Positions 1-8,174 of a DNA stretch of 16,224 bases are shown piece after piece. Source of the stretch: Candidatus Thorarchaeota archaeon (lineage in GTDB: Archaea; Asgardarchaeota; Thorarchaeia; Thorarchaeales; Thorarchaeaceae); contig JAEORO010000197.1 of the NCBI GenBank assembly GCA_016840855.1, positions 1 through 16,224 on the forward strand, in the 5' to 3' direction. Each line of letters begins with the position of its first letter. Position 1 is the first letter of the stretch. The position numbers and the translations under genes are program-made. The notes under the pieces are model-generated. The model ran no database searches. It was given only the letters and a program-made list of their open reading frames with translations, and was not told the origin of the DNA.

Positions 1-84
1 AGTATGTATATTCTCATTTAGCATACTGAAGTATTGTTTGTAGAAGATGCTATGCTCAGGAAGACTCAGGTCAGCTTCGGTCAC
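1..84 (-). CDS. Possible 5' end of a divergent gene running off the window (partial, hypothetical)
   Basis: Manual translation: GTG at 84 opens a frame MTEADLSLPEHSIFYKQYFSMLNENIHT that stays open to position 1. No family recognised. Confidence 0.3.
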   Translation of the reverse strand, partial: MTEADLSLPEHSIFYKQYFSMLNENIHT

Positions 85-235
85 AGTGGTTCAGCATCTT
101 TCTATCATAAGTGTGTATTTGTGTTTCGCTTGATGATGATTAGAAATTCCCCAAGCTCGTACTTGTTGAGGAGATTACTTTAAAGCAGATGGACATGACC
201 ATAAAATAGCCTACGCCACTATGCATCAATAGAAG

Positions 236-2032
236 GTGACTCATTTGCTCACTCTTGAAGAAACTATAGAATTAATTCTGAAACATAGGTCCGATTATGA
301 ACGTAAGGACATTCTGGAAATGATTGAAGAGAAACGAGAGGAACTAGGACGTGAGGTTATAAATGACGAGTCTGCAGCTATGATTGTAGCTAGGGAACTC
401 GGAGTTGACCTTCATCAAATTTCTCCAAAAGCACGCCAGAGAATTGAAGACATTACTGAAACCACGAGAAACGTTGCTCTCACGGCTAAGATAATCAATA
501 TGGGCTCCGTTCGAACTTTTTCCCGAAAAGAAGGAGGAGGAGAAGGGAAAGTTGCTAGTATAATAGTGTCAGATGAAACTGGATCAATCAGAGTGGTCTT
601 ATGGGATGATCTTACAAATGCTATTTCTGAAAATGTTGTTTCTGTTGGTGATATAATTCAAATACGGGGAGCATATGTGAAGAAAGGACTTGGGGACTCA
701 TTAGAACTGAACTTGGGTAGGATGGGACAGATTAGAATCTTAGAAGAATATGAGATTGAAGATCTCGGTATCGATTTCTCAGATAAATCAACCTTAGATC
801 AGAGAATTAGTGATCTCAAAGAGGGGTTATTCAATGTCAGTCTAAAAGTGAAAATTCAGAGAGTATTCCAGCTGTCTACGTTTACCAGACAAAGAGATGG
901 TTCTGAGGGGAAGGTCCTGAGCATTGTAGGAGCCGATGAAACGGGGGCTGCTAGAATTGTTTTTTGGGATGAGAGAGCTTCAGAGATGGAGAATGCGGAA
1001 GAAGGTGAAGTCATCCAACTTAAGGGTGTAAATACCAGGTTGAATCGAGATGGTACTGAAGTTGAAGTGCATGTTGGGAGGGCGGCTTCGATTGAACGAG
1101 GTCTTAAAGAGAAGATTGATGCGGTTGAAGCGGCGTCAGCCAGAAGTGAGTCAAAACCTCTTGGACTAAAGGGAATTGCAGACTTGACAACAGGTATGTG
1201 GGATGTTGATATTGAGGGAAAAGTTGTTACAGTCTATGATGTGACCAATTTTACAACAAAAGATGGAAGGGATGGGCAAGTCAGAAATGTTATTCTCGCT
1301 GACGAGTCGGGGAAAACTCGTGTTACATTTTGGAATGAAGATGTTGACAAAATAGAGGACATAAAGGAAGGCGATGTCCTCAAGATCCTTCACGGATATG
1401 TGAAAGAGGGATTCAGAGGAGGCGTGGAATTCCAAGTTGGACGCAAAGCAGAGATTCACATCAATCCTAAAGGGTCCAGACTTGAAAAGTTGGATGTGTC
1501 ACAGGTATCTCTCCAACCGATGGCAAAAGCCTCAAGAGTCTTAATCAGTGATATTGATGATAATACAGAAGGAAAAAGCGTAGAAATCTGCGGTATAATT
1601 GTGAATTTGAGTCAAGCAACGAGCCCAATTTATCAAGCATGCCCAAGATGTAACAAGAAACTAGATGAAACAGATAAAGGGTTTGTCTGCAAATCTTGTG
1701 GGAAAGTTGACAAGCCCGAGCCTAGAATGTTGTACAAGATAACAGTAGATGATGGATCAGGCTCAATCAGAGTAACGCTGTTTGGTAAGGTTGGAGAAGA
1801 GCTGCTTCAGATGACTGCAGAAGAGGCTAGTGAGATAATCAAGAAAACTGGGAGAAGCGACCAACCAATTATTGAGAACACTGACAAAGTTGTTGGAAGG
1901 TATATCGCTGTCCATGGTCGTGTGAAGAAATTCAGAGATTCATTTGATCTTTCAGCAAGTGGTTTTGAGTATGCAGACCCAGTGAGAGAAATAAAGCGGA
2001 TGAAAGAAGAGATTCAGAAAGAAGTAGGTTAG
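236..2032 (+). CDS. rpa: Replication protein A (ssDNA-binding) large subunit with 4 OB folds and a C4 zinc finger
   Basis: Three repeated OB folds with DETG/DESG...W motifs (SDETGSIRVVLWD, ADETGAARIVFWD, ADESGKTRVTFWN). A fourth OB fold carries YQACPRCNKK...CKSCG and DDGSGSIRVTLFG, typical of the RPA C-terminal domain. The true start may be TTG at 245, since AAGGTGA at 233-239 looks like the RBS. Confidence 0.93.
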   Translation: MTHLLTLEETIELILKHRSDYERKDILEMIEEKREELGREVINDESAAMIVARELGVDLHQISPKARQRIEDITETTRNVALTAKIINMGSVRTFSRKEGGGEGKVASIIVSDETGSIRVVLWDDLTNAISENVVSVGDIIQIRGAYVKKGLGDSLELNLGRMGQIRILEEYEIEDLGIDFSDKSTLDQRISDLKEGLFNVSLKVKIQRVFQLSTFTRQRDGSEGKVLSIVGADETGAARIVFWDERASEMENAEEGEVIQLKGVNTRLNRDGTEVEVHVGRAASIERGLKEKIDAVEAASARSESKPLGLKGIADLTTGMWDVDIEGKVVTVYDVTNFTTKDGRDGQVRNVILADESGKTRVTFWNEDVDKIEDIKEGDVLKILHGYVKEGFRGGVEFQVGRKAEIHINPKGSRLEKLDVSQVSLQPMAKASRVLISDIDDNTEGKSVEICGIIVNLSQATSPIYQACPRCNKKLDETDKGFVCKSCGKVDKPEPRMLYKITVDDGSGSIRVTLFGKVGEELLQMTAEEASEIIKKTGRSDQPIIENTDKVVGRYIAVHGRVKKFRDSFDLSASGFEYADPVREIKRMKEEIQKEVG

Positions 2033-2090
2033 AATATTGTTCTAAGGACTAGATTCCACAATATTTTATCAATAAATGATATTATTCATT

Positions 2091-2097
2091 TTTATAA
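2091..2097 (+). promoter_or_regulatory. Putative TATA box (TTTATAA) for the ORF starting at 2124
   Basis: Lies about 27-33 nt upstream of ATG 2124, consistent with a near-leaderless archaeal transcript. Confidence 0.45.
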
Positions 2098-2123
2098 TCG
2101 ATTTAGTGTTTGTGAAATACATA

Positions 2124-2396
2124 ATGAATCCTGTTCGAATGGTTGTTGCAGAACGTAATTATCTGAAAGGTGTTCTTAGAGCATTTTTAGAGGGGAAAAA
2201 GAATCAGAACTATGTTATCGGATGTTTCAGAAACGTTCCCATTTCTATTTTTGATGAGATTGCACAAGAACTCTCACAGTACTCGAATACACCGCAGTTT
2301 GGTGAGCTCTACAATCTAAGAAAAAAACTCTTACAGAACTTGAGTGACAGGGAAGAAAAGACTCGTTGGAGTCCTTGGGCAATCAGTAAATATTAA
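2124..2396 (+). CDS. Small hypothetical protein (~90 aa)
   Basis: ORF fills the gap between rpa and sufS. Start moved from 2076 to ATG 2124 because the extension is AT-rich and contains the TATA box. No motif recognised. Confidence 0.6.
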   Translation: MNPVRMVVAERNYLKGVLRAFLEGKKNQNYVIGCFRNVPISIFDEIAQELSQYSNTPQFGELYNLRKKLLQNLSDREEKTRWSPWAISKY

Positions 2397-2410
2397 TCAG
2401 ATTTTGAGAA

Positions 2411-3652
2411 CTACTTGCTGGCTTCGATTAGAGTTTCTAATCCTGATAGAAATATATCAACATCATCACGGTTGTTATAAAGATAAAAACTAGCTCTCAC
2501 GGTTCCCTTCTTTGGATCTATACCCATTTGATAGTGATATGGTCCAACACAATGCCAGCCACTACGAACCATCACATTAAGCTCATCGTTCAAGAACGTG
2601 GCCACATCATGAGCAGATGGGACTGTATCAACGGTGAATGTGACAAGCCCAGTTTTAATATTGATGTCATCAGTGCCAAGTATGTGAACGTGTTCCATAT
2701 CGCAAAGGCGTTTTAGAGCCGCTTCAAGTAGGGAGCGTTCATACTTTTCAATCTCATGCATTCCGATAGCTTGGAGATACTCTGCGGCTTTGCCTGCGCC
2801 AATAGCTCCAGCATAATTCTGGAGTCCAGCTTCGAACTTCTCTGGGGGTGGTAGATAGGTAGGAAGTATCTTTCCATCTTCGAATCGTACATCGCTCACC
2901 GTATCGCCACCATAGAAACACATATTCATGGACTTTAGATGCTGTAACTTGCCATATAGAACTCCCATCCCAGTTGGTCCACACATCTTGTGAACAGAGA
3001 TAGCTGAGAAATCAACATCAAGTTCTTGAACATCAAGTGGATGATGAGGAGCGTACTGAGCATCATCACTCATGACCAGAGCTCCAGAGTCGTGCGCAAT
3101 CTCCACAATTTCTTTCAGTGGGGCAATTGTACCTGTTACATTTGATGAGTGAACGATTGACACCAAGCTTGTGTTGCGGTCTATTGCCGCTTTCCAGTCC
3201 TCAATGTCAAATGTACCATCTGGCTGTACCATGACAATCTCGATACCTAATCCATCCCTTCGAGCCCGTTCTATAAAGGGCAATGAACCGCTGTGGTGTT
3301 CAAGAGATGTAGTAATAATCTTAGAGCCCTTTGGTAGCTTTAATGAATGCGCAACAATGTTCAGTGACTCAGTAGCATTTCTAGTCCAGATGCATTCCTT
3401 TTCTTCAGCGGCATTCAGAAATTGTGAAAATTTATGCCTGGCTTCAGTATATGCGTTGGAAGCCTCTTCTCCAAACTTATGGATACTTCTACCTCCACAT
3501 GCAGGATAGAATTCATAGTAGTCGTTCATCGCATCGATTACTTGTTGAGGTTTGAGAGCCATACAAGCACTATCTAGGTATACCACTGGATGACCGTTGA
3601 TAATGCGTTTGAGAGCAGGAAAGTCACTTCTGATTTTGGCCCAGTTCACCAT
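2411..3652 (-). CDS. sufS: Cysteine desulfurase, SufS/CsdA (group II), PLP-dependent aminotransferase class V
   Basis: IRSDFPAL, VYLDSA, TRNATESLN, LEHHS, DDAQ, PLP-lysine motif SVHKMCGPTGMG, KFEAG, catalytic RSGWHC, and VRASFYLYN. Start set at ATG 3652, 5 nt after the upstream stop. Confidence 0.93.
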   Translation of the reverse strand: MVNWAKIRSDFPALKRIINGHPVVYLDSACMALKPQQVIDAMNDYYEFYPACGGRSIHKFGEEASNAYTEARHKFSQFLNAAEEKECIWTRNATESLNIVAHSLKLPKGSKIITTSLEHHSGSLPFIERARRDGLGIEIVMVQPDGTFDIEDWKAAIDRNTSLVSIVHSSNVTGTIAPLKEIVEIAHDSGALVMSDDAQYAPHHPLDVQELDVDFSAISVHKMCGPTGMGVLYGKLQHLKSMNMCFYGGDTVSDVRFEDGKILPTYLPPPEKFEAGLQNYAGAIGAGKAAEYLQAIGMHEIEKYERSLLEAALKRLCDMEHVHILGTDDINIKTGLVTFTVDTVPSAHDVATFLNDELNVMVRSGWHCVGPYHYQMGIDPKKGTVRASFYLYNNRDDVDIFLSGLETLIEASK

Positions 3653-3657
3653 ACTAA

Positions 3658-3891
3658 TCAACCCTTTACCAGTTTCCACCGGTAGCCGCCTTTACCAAAC
3701 TTCTTGGTGATGAATCCCTTTTCAACAAGTTGATTTGCAGCAGCCACGAAAGCATCTCCGCCAACACAGTCAGTACAGAGCTCGGCATATTCGTTAGTAC
3801 TCGCAATCTCAAGTATCTCTTTTGTCGTTAGGGACTCAACACTTTCTAGGATTTTAAGAACACATTGAGCGTTTTTTGAGAGAGCTGACAT
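3658..3891 (-). CDS. Small winged-helix-like protein with a CxxC motif (77 aa)
   Basis: Pattern VLKILE-SLTTKEI...QLVEKGFITKK..GGYRWKL fits a wHTH fold, with CTDC inserted before the recognition helix. Co-oriented with sufS. ATG 3891 is preferred over 3918 because a TTAT element at ~3918-3921 gives leaderless spacing. Confidence 0.7.
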   Translation of the reverse strand: MSALSKNAQCVLKILESVESLTTKEILEIASTNEYAELCTDCVGGDAFVAAANQLVEKGFITKKFGKGGYRWKLVKG

Positions 3892-3954
3892 TTCTAGCCG
3901 AAGCGCAACACCTGACAATAAGAAACCTTCGTATTAGGATTGAAAGGCATTCAA

Positions 3955-3970
3955 CAAAACGCTTAAATTA
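3955..3970 (+). promoter_or_regulatory. BRE/TATA promoter upstream of elf1
   Basis: CAAAACGCTTAAATTA matches an archaeal purine-rich BRE followed by TTAAAT. An RBS GGTGA lies at 4040-4044. Confidence 0.55.
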
Positions 3971-4050
3971 GCACCCGAGCCGATGAGCCCGCTCTATTTC
4001 TTTCGGGGCTGCTGCTCTGATATGTTGAAATAGGTAAAGGGTGAATCTTC

Positions 4051-4302
4051 ATGGGAAGAAGACGAAGACAGAAAGTACGTCGAAGACCACAAAAACGCAT
4101 TCCAGATGTGTATCCATGTCCTGATTGTGGGAATACTGCAATCAAAATCGAGCTTTATCGTGACAATGGCATGGCTACAGTGAAGTGTGGATCTTGTGGA
4201 CTAGAGATGACCGTTGATGAAGTCAACCCTCTGACCGAGCCAGTAGATATCTATGGATCGTTTATAGATAGGTTCTACGAGAACAGAAAAGCTGAAGCTT
4301 GA
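4051..4302 (+). CDS. elf1: Transcription elongation factor Elf1 (zinc ribbon)
   Basis: Basic N-terminus MGRRRRQK, CPDC...CGSC zinc ribbon, and C-terminal LTEPVDIYGSFID matching the Elf1 L.EPvDvYs.wiD signature. GGTGA RBS upstream. Confidence 0.92.
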   Translation: MGRRRRQKVRRRPQKRIPDVYPCPDCGNTAIKIELYRDNGMATVKCGSCGLEMTVDEVNPLTEPVDIYGSFIDRFYENRKAEA

Positions 4303-4368
4303 CACAGTACAACATCTAGTATTCAGCAATGGTTATAAGCGGACTCAGTCCGAGGGCACACGATTCTG

Positions 4369-4485
4369 ATGCAGACCATTGACACCTTTATTTCCATCTT
4401 ATTCATCCTCCTTGCTGCACTGGGAATCTTAGCAATCCTTTTCACAATGGGTTACATGGTCTATGGAGAGGAAGAAGAAGAGTAA
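4369..4485 (+). CDS. Unannotated 38-aa single-pass membrane microprotein
   Basis: Manual translation MQTIDTFISILFILLAALGILAILFTMGYMVYGEEEEE*, with one long hydrophobic helix and an acidic tail. TTATAA at 4333-4338 lies ~31 nt upstream of the ATG. It fills an otherwise empty intergenic gap. Confidence 0.65.
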   Translation: MQTIDTFISILFILLAALGILAILFTMGYMVYGEEEEE

Positions 4486-4493
4486 GCTACGGG

Positions 4494-4736
4494 ATGTTGT
4501 TCCCGATGAAGAGTTCAATTTTACGTACCGCGTTTGCAAATGTGGCATCGCATATTACTAATCTTGAAACAGTGAAGTTGCTTATTGATGAGATTGAAAA
4601 CAAAGCTGATTCTCTGGATTCAATTCTCAGTGAATTAGAATCAAGACTGGAAGAATCTGAGGTCACACTTCGAACAGATATACGCATCTTGATTAATGAG
4701 TGTAGGCATTTGGAAAGTAGGATGACCTCCAAATGA
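4494..4736 (+). CDS. Small acidic helical/coiled-coil hypothetical protein
   Basis: Heptad-like LIDEIENKADSLDSILSELESRLEESE. Its stop overlaps the Lhr start (ATGA 4733-4736). Start uncertain (4494, 4506 or GTG 4542). Confidence 0.65.
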   Translation: MLFPMKSSILRTAFANVASHITNLETVKLLIDEIENKADSLDSILSELESRLEESEVTLRTDIRILINECRHLESRMTSK

Positions 4737-7573
4737 ATATGTTTGCACCTCTCAGTGAAGATATAGCTAGTTTCCTCAAGACTAATGGAATTGTTGGATT
4801 TACTCCAATTCAGGAGAAAGCTGTGCCACTGCTTTTCACAGAACATGAGAATGCCCTTCTTCTCGCGCCAACTGGAAGTGGTAAGACTGAAGCGGCTTTG
4901 TTACCGCTTCTTGATCGTCTACAAAAGATGAAGAAAACTCAGGAGCTCTTTGGATTTTATATCTTGTATATCACTCCGCTTAGAGCTTTGAACCGTGATG
5001 TATTCAAGAGAATCGAGGATTTATGTAACTACTTGGACCTCAGTGTAGCAGTTCGCCATGGCGATACGACTCAGTATGCTAGAAGAAAACAAGCTATCAA
5101 ACCTCCAAACTTACTCATTACAACACCCGAGTCGCTTCAAGCAATTTTACCAGGAAAGAGGTTGAGATATCATCTCAGAACTGTCTTTGCAGTTATAGTT
5201 GACGAAGTACATGACTTAGCGGATAGCAAACGAGGGGTACAGCTCAGCTTTGGTCTTGAAAGACTTGACAGGATAGTAGGGACACCCGTGCAACGCATTG
5301 GACTGTCAGCTACTGTGGGAAATCCTGGCGAAGTTGCATCACTTTTGGGAGGAGAGAGATCAGCGAGAGCAGTTTGGGCAGGCTATGGTAAACGTAAAAT
5401 GGACCTTAGAGTAGAAGTCCCAATTCCTACAGAAAAACATCATACATTAGCAAAGAAGATAGCATACCCGCCTCATTCTGTTGCTCGATTAGACGCGATT
5501 GTGAACCTCATTAATAGTCATCAGTCAGTGATTGTATTCACCAACACCCGCTCATTTTCAGAAGTGCTGGGAGCAAAAATGCGAGCTGTTTCACCTCCTT
5601 TCGAATTCGATGTTCATCACGGGTCGCTCTCTAAGAGTGCTCGTCTTGCAGCAGAAGATAGGCTCAAGAAGGGAATTTCAAAGGCGATAATTGCAACTTC
5701 GAGCTTGGAGCTTGGAATTGATATTGGATTAGCTGACTTGGTAGTGCAATACTCATCACCAAGAGAGGTGGCCAGATTACTTCAGCGGGTCGGAAGAGCT
5801 GGCCATGGTGTTGGGAGGTCTTCGAACGGTGTAATAATCGCTACCGTCAATCTCGATGATATAATCGAGTCAGGAGTTATTCTGAAACGTGCACGTCAGA
5901 ACAAGGTAGAGGATACTAAGATCCCTAAGAAATCATGGGATGTCTTAGGACATCAGATTGCGGGTGTACTTCTTGATATAGATACAATTGGAAGAGAAGA
6001 CCTCTTTAACATGATTAGTTCAACATATCCGTTCTCAAGGATTTCATTAGAGGAGTTCGATGCGATATTAAGATTCATGAGCGAGAAAAAAGCTTTAGAA
6101 TTCAACACAATTTTTGTAAAGAGGGGATCCAGAACTAGAATCTTCTACTACAATAATCTTAGCACAATTCCGGATGTAAATCAGGTTAACGCAGTAGATA
6201 TGACGACACGAACATCAATAGGAGTACTTGATGAAGACTTTGTTTCATCCAATGTTGAAGCAGGGTCGGTATTTGTGATAAGAGGACGGCCATGGAATGT
6301 GGTAAGAGTAGACGATGACACAGGAGAAGTATTGTGTGTTCCAGCTAGTGAAACTGACTCTGAGGCTCCACGATGGGTTGGAGAGATGATTCCAGTACCA
6401 TTTAAGGTTGCATCCGAAGTTGCAAAGGTTTGGAACACTGTTCTAGAAAAAGATCAAGCATCGGTAGGTAGGTGGTTAACAAGAGAATATGGCATATCTC
6501 CGGACGCGCATCCTTATGTGCTAGAGATTTTGAGAGAGAGCGCAAAATATCTAGAGAAACTTCCTAGAGAAGACCTCTTTGTGATTGAGAGCTTTGACGC
6601 AGGATTAGTACTTCATGCACCATTAGGGACCAAGGCCAATGAGGCACTAGGTATTGTGATTGCATCACTCCTGACAACGCGCTTTGGCATTGAGGTGGCA
6701 GTAGAAAGAGACCCTTATCGAATTCTTTTCACTGCTGGCAGGAGAATTGATCCAAACTGGGTCATAGATGTTCTTCGAGAGTATTCTGGTGAACAAGTAT
6801 CTGTCATCCTTCGACTGGCTGTGAAACAGACACAAAACTTCGCCTCTAGATTCATTCATGTTGCTAGAAGAATGGATGTAATTAAGAGAGATGCAAAACC
6901 CAAGGAGGTGCCTGTCAAATATCTTATCAAGTCGTTAGAAGGAACTCCAGTCTTCCAAGAAACGATGAGAGAAGTCTTGGATGATAAACTAGATGAGAAG
7001 AGAGTTATGGACGTCTTCAGCAAGTATTCCAAAGGACAACTCAGTGTTCATATTGTAACTACTGAGCAACCGTCGCCTCTTGCACGACTCATCATTGAAG
7101 AGAAGACAAGGTTTGAGGTCATGGGAGAGATAACTGATGAAGATGAAGTTCTTCGTATGATGGAGGAGCGATTACTCTCTACAAAATTCAGATTAGTCTG
7201 CATGGCGGGAAACCACTGGAACTCAGTTAGAACCCTGTCTACACTTAATGATGATATTAGATGCCCTATTTGTGAGTCAAGAATGATTACTGCGATAGCA
7301 CCAAGATCAAACGACTTTTCAAAAATCATCGCGAAACGAATTCGTGGCGAAAAACTCACAAGGAGTGAAGAGAAGGAACATAAATCAGCATCCCTTATCG
7401 CAGAACTGGTTTCAAACTATGGAAAGACTGCACTGCTAGTCTTGGCAGGAAGAGGAATTGGAGCAACCACAGCGTCAAGGATTCTCAAACCTGGTCTGAA
7501 GGATAGACTTGATATTCTCAGGGCTATAGCGAAAGGAGAGCTACAGTATGAAAGAACCCGACAGTATTGGTAA
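4733..7573 (+). CDS. lhr: Lhr-family SF2 ATP-dependent helicase with C-terminal zinc-finger-like region
   Basis: Q motif FTPIQ, Walker A APTGSGKT, YITPLRALNRD, VRHGDT, ITTPESL, DEVH, GLSAT, HHGSLS, ATSSLELGIDIG, QRVGRAGH. Lhr-specific STIPD, GVLDEDF and PRWVGE. C-terminal C-x4-H...CPIC. Confidence 0.93.
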   Translation: MNMFAPLSEDIASFLKTNGIVGFTPIQEKAVPLLFTEHENALLLAPTGSGKTEAALLPLLDRLQKMKKTQELFGFYILYITPLRALNRDVFKRIEDLCNYLDLSVAVRHGDTTQYARRKQAIKPPNLLITTPESLQAILPGKRLRYHLRTVFAVIVDEVHDLADSKRGVQLSFGLERLDRIVGTPVQRIGLSATVGNPGEVASLLGGERSARAVWAGYGKRKMDLRVEVPIPTEKHHTLAKKIAYPPHSVARLDAIVNLINSHQSVIVFTNTRSFSEVLGAKMRAVSPPFEFDVHHGSLSKSARLAAEDRLKKGISKAIIATSSLELGIDIGLADLVVQYSSPREVARLLQRVGRAGHGVGRSSNGVIIATVNLDDIIESGVILKRARQNKVEDTKIPKKSWDVLGHQIAGVLLDIDTIGREDLFNMISSTYPFSRISLEEFDAILRFMSEKKALEFNTIFVKRGSRTRIFYYNNLSTIPDVNQVNAVDMTTRTSIGVLDEDFVSSNVEAGSVFVIRGRPWNVVRVDDDTGEVLCVPASETDSEAPRWVGEMIPVPFKVASEVAKVWNTVLEKDQASVGRWLTREYGISPDAHPYVLEILRESAKYLEKLPREDLFVIESFDAGLVLHAPLGTKANEALGIVIASLLTTRFGIEVAVERDPYRILFTAGRRIDPNWVIDVLREYSGEQVSVILRLAVKQTQNFASRFIHVARRMDVIKRDAKPKEVPVKYLIKSLEGTPVFQETMREVLDDKLDEKRVMDVFSKYSKGQLSVHIVTTEQPSPLARLIIEEKTRFEVMGEITDEDEVLRMMEERLLSTKFRLVCMAGNHWNSVRTLSTLNDDIRCPICESRMITAIAPRSNDFSKIIAKRIRGEKLTRSEEKEHKSASLIAELVSNYGKTALLVLAGRGIGATTASRILKPGLKDRLDILRAIAKGELQYERTRQYW

Positions 7574-8174
7574 CGAAAAGAAGCCGATGATAGTATTTGC
7601 TGGCAGAAGCAATGTCGGGAAGAGCAGTACGATTCGAGTTCTCACAGGAAAGAAGGTACGAGTGGGCAAGAAACCTGGTAGCACACGTTGGGAGCTGATG
7701 ATTGATTTTGGACCAATCACTATTGTAGACATTCCGGGATTTGGGTATATGGCAGGACAGAGTAAGACGAAGATAGAGGAAACAAAGACAAACATCGTTC
7801 AGAGATTAGAAAACTGGAGTGATAATCTGATTATAGCAGTACTGATAATTGACATCTCCCTCTTTAGAGAGCTATATGAGAAATGGTCGAACCGTGGAGA
7901 GATTCCTATCGATGTAGAGTTCTATAGTTTCCTGTCAGAGATAGCTCCCAACGTGATTGTTGTTGCCAACAAGATGGACAAAATCAAGAAACGGATTCTT
8001 CACAATGAGGTTGATTTCCTGCAAACCAAGCTCAAAGAAGCGAGCTCAAGTAAGACCCCCATTATAGTACTTACATCAGCTCTGAAAAGAGAAGGATTCT
8101 CAGATTTGGTTTCGATTATTGATGATCTGTTAGTACAACAGGGTCTAGATAAGCCTAGATGGGCCATTACCTGA
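7548..8174 (+). CDS. engB: GTP-binding protein EngB/YihA family
   Basis: G1 GRSNVGKSS, G2 PGST, G3 DIPGFG, G4 NKMD, G5 SAL, plus the archaeal EngB-type segment W..RGEIPIDVEFY.FL. Start may be ATG 7587. Confidence 0.9.
   Translation: MKEPDSIGNEKKPMIVFAGRSNVGKSSTIRVLTGKKVRVGKKPGSTRWELMIDFGPITIVDIPGFGYMAGQSKTKIEETKTNIVQRLENWSDNLIIAVLIIDISLFRELYEKWSNRGEIPIDVEFYSFLSEIAPNVIVVANKMDKIKKRILHNEVDFLQTKLKEASSSKTPIIVLTSALKREGFSDLVSIIDDLLVQQGLDKPRWAIT

Noticed and set aside
41-104. Imperfect inverted repeat TAGAAGATGCT / AGCATCTTTCTA enclosing a CTCAGG direct repeat, considered as an ncRNA such as SRP
   Set aside because: No SRP, RNase P or sRNA consensus motif found. It overlaps a plausible minus-strand coding start and sits at the window edge.
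3658-3891. Z-alpha (Z-DNA-binding) domain resemblance of the wHTH C-terminus (KG.I.K....RWKL)
   Set aside because: The N-x3-Y recognition residues and the proline wing of Z-alpha are missing. A generic wHTH is sufficient.
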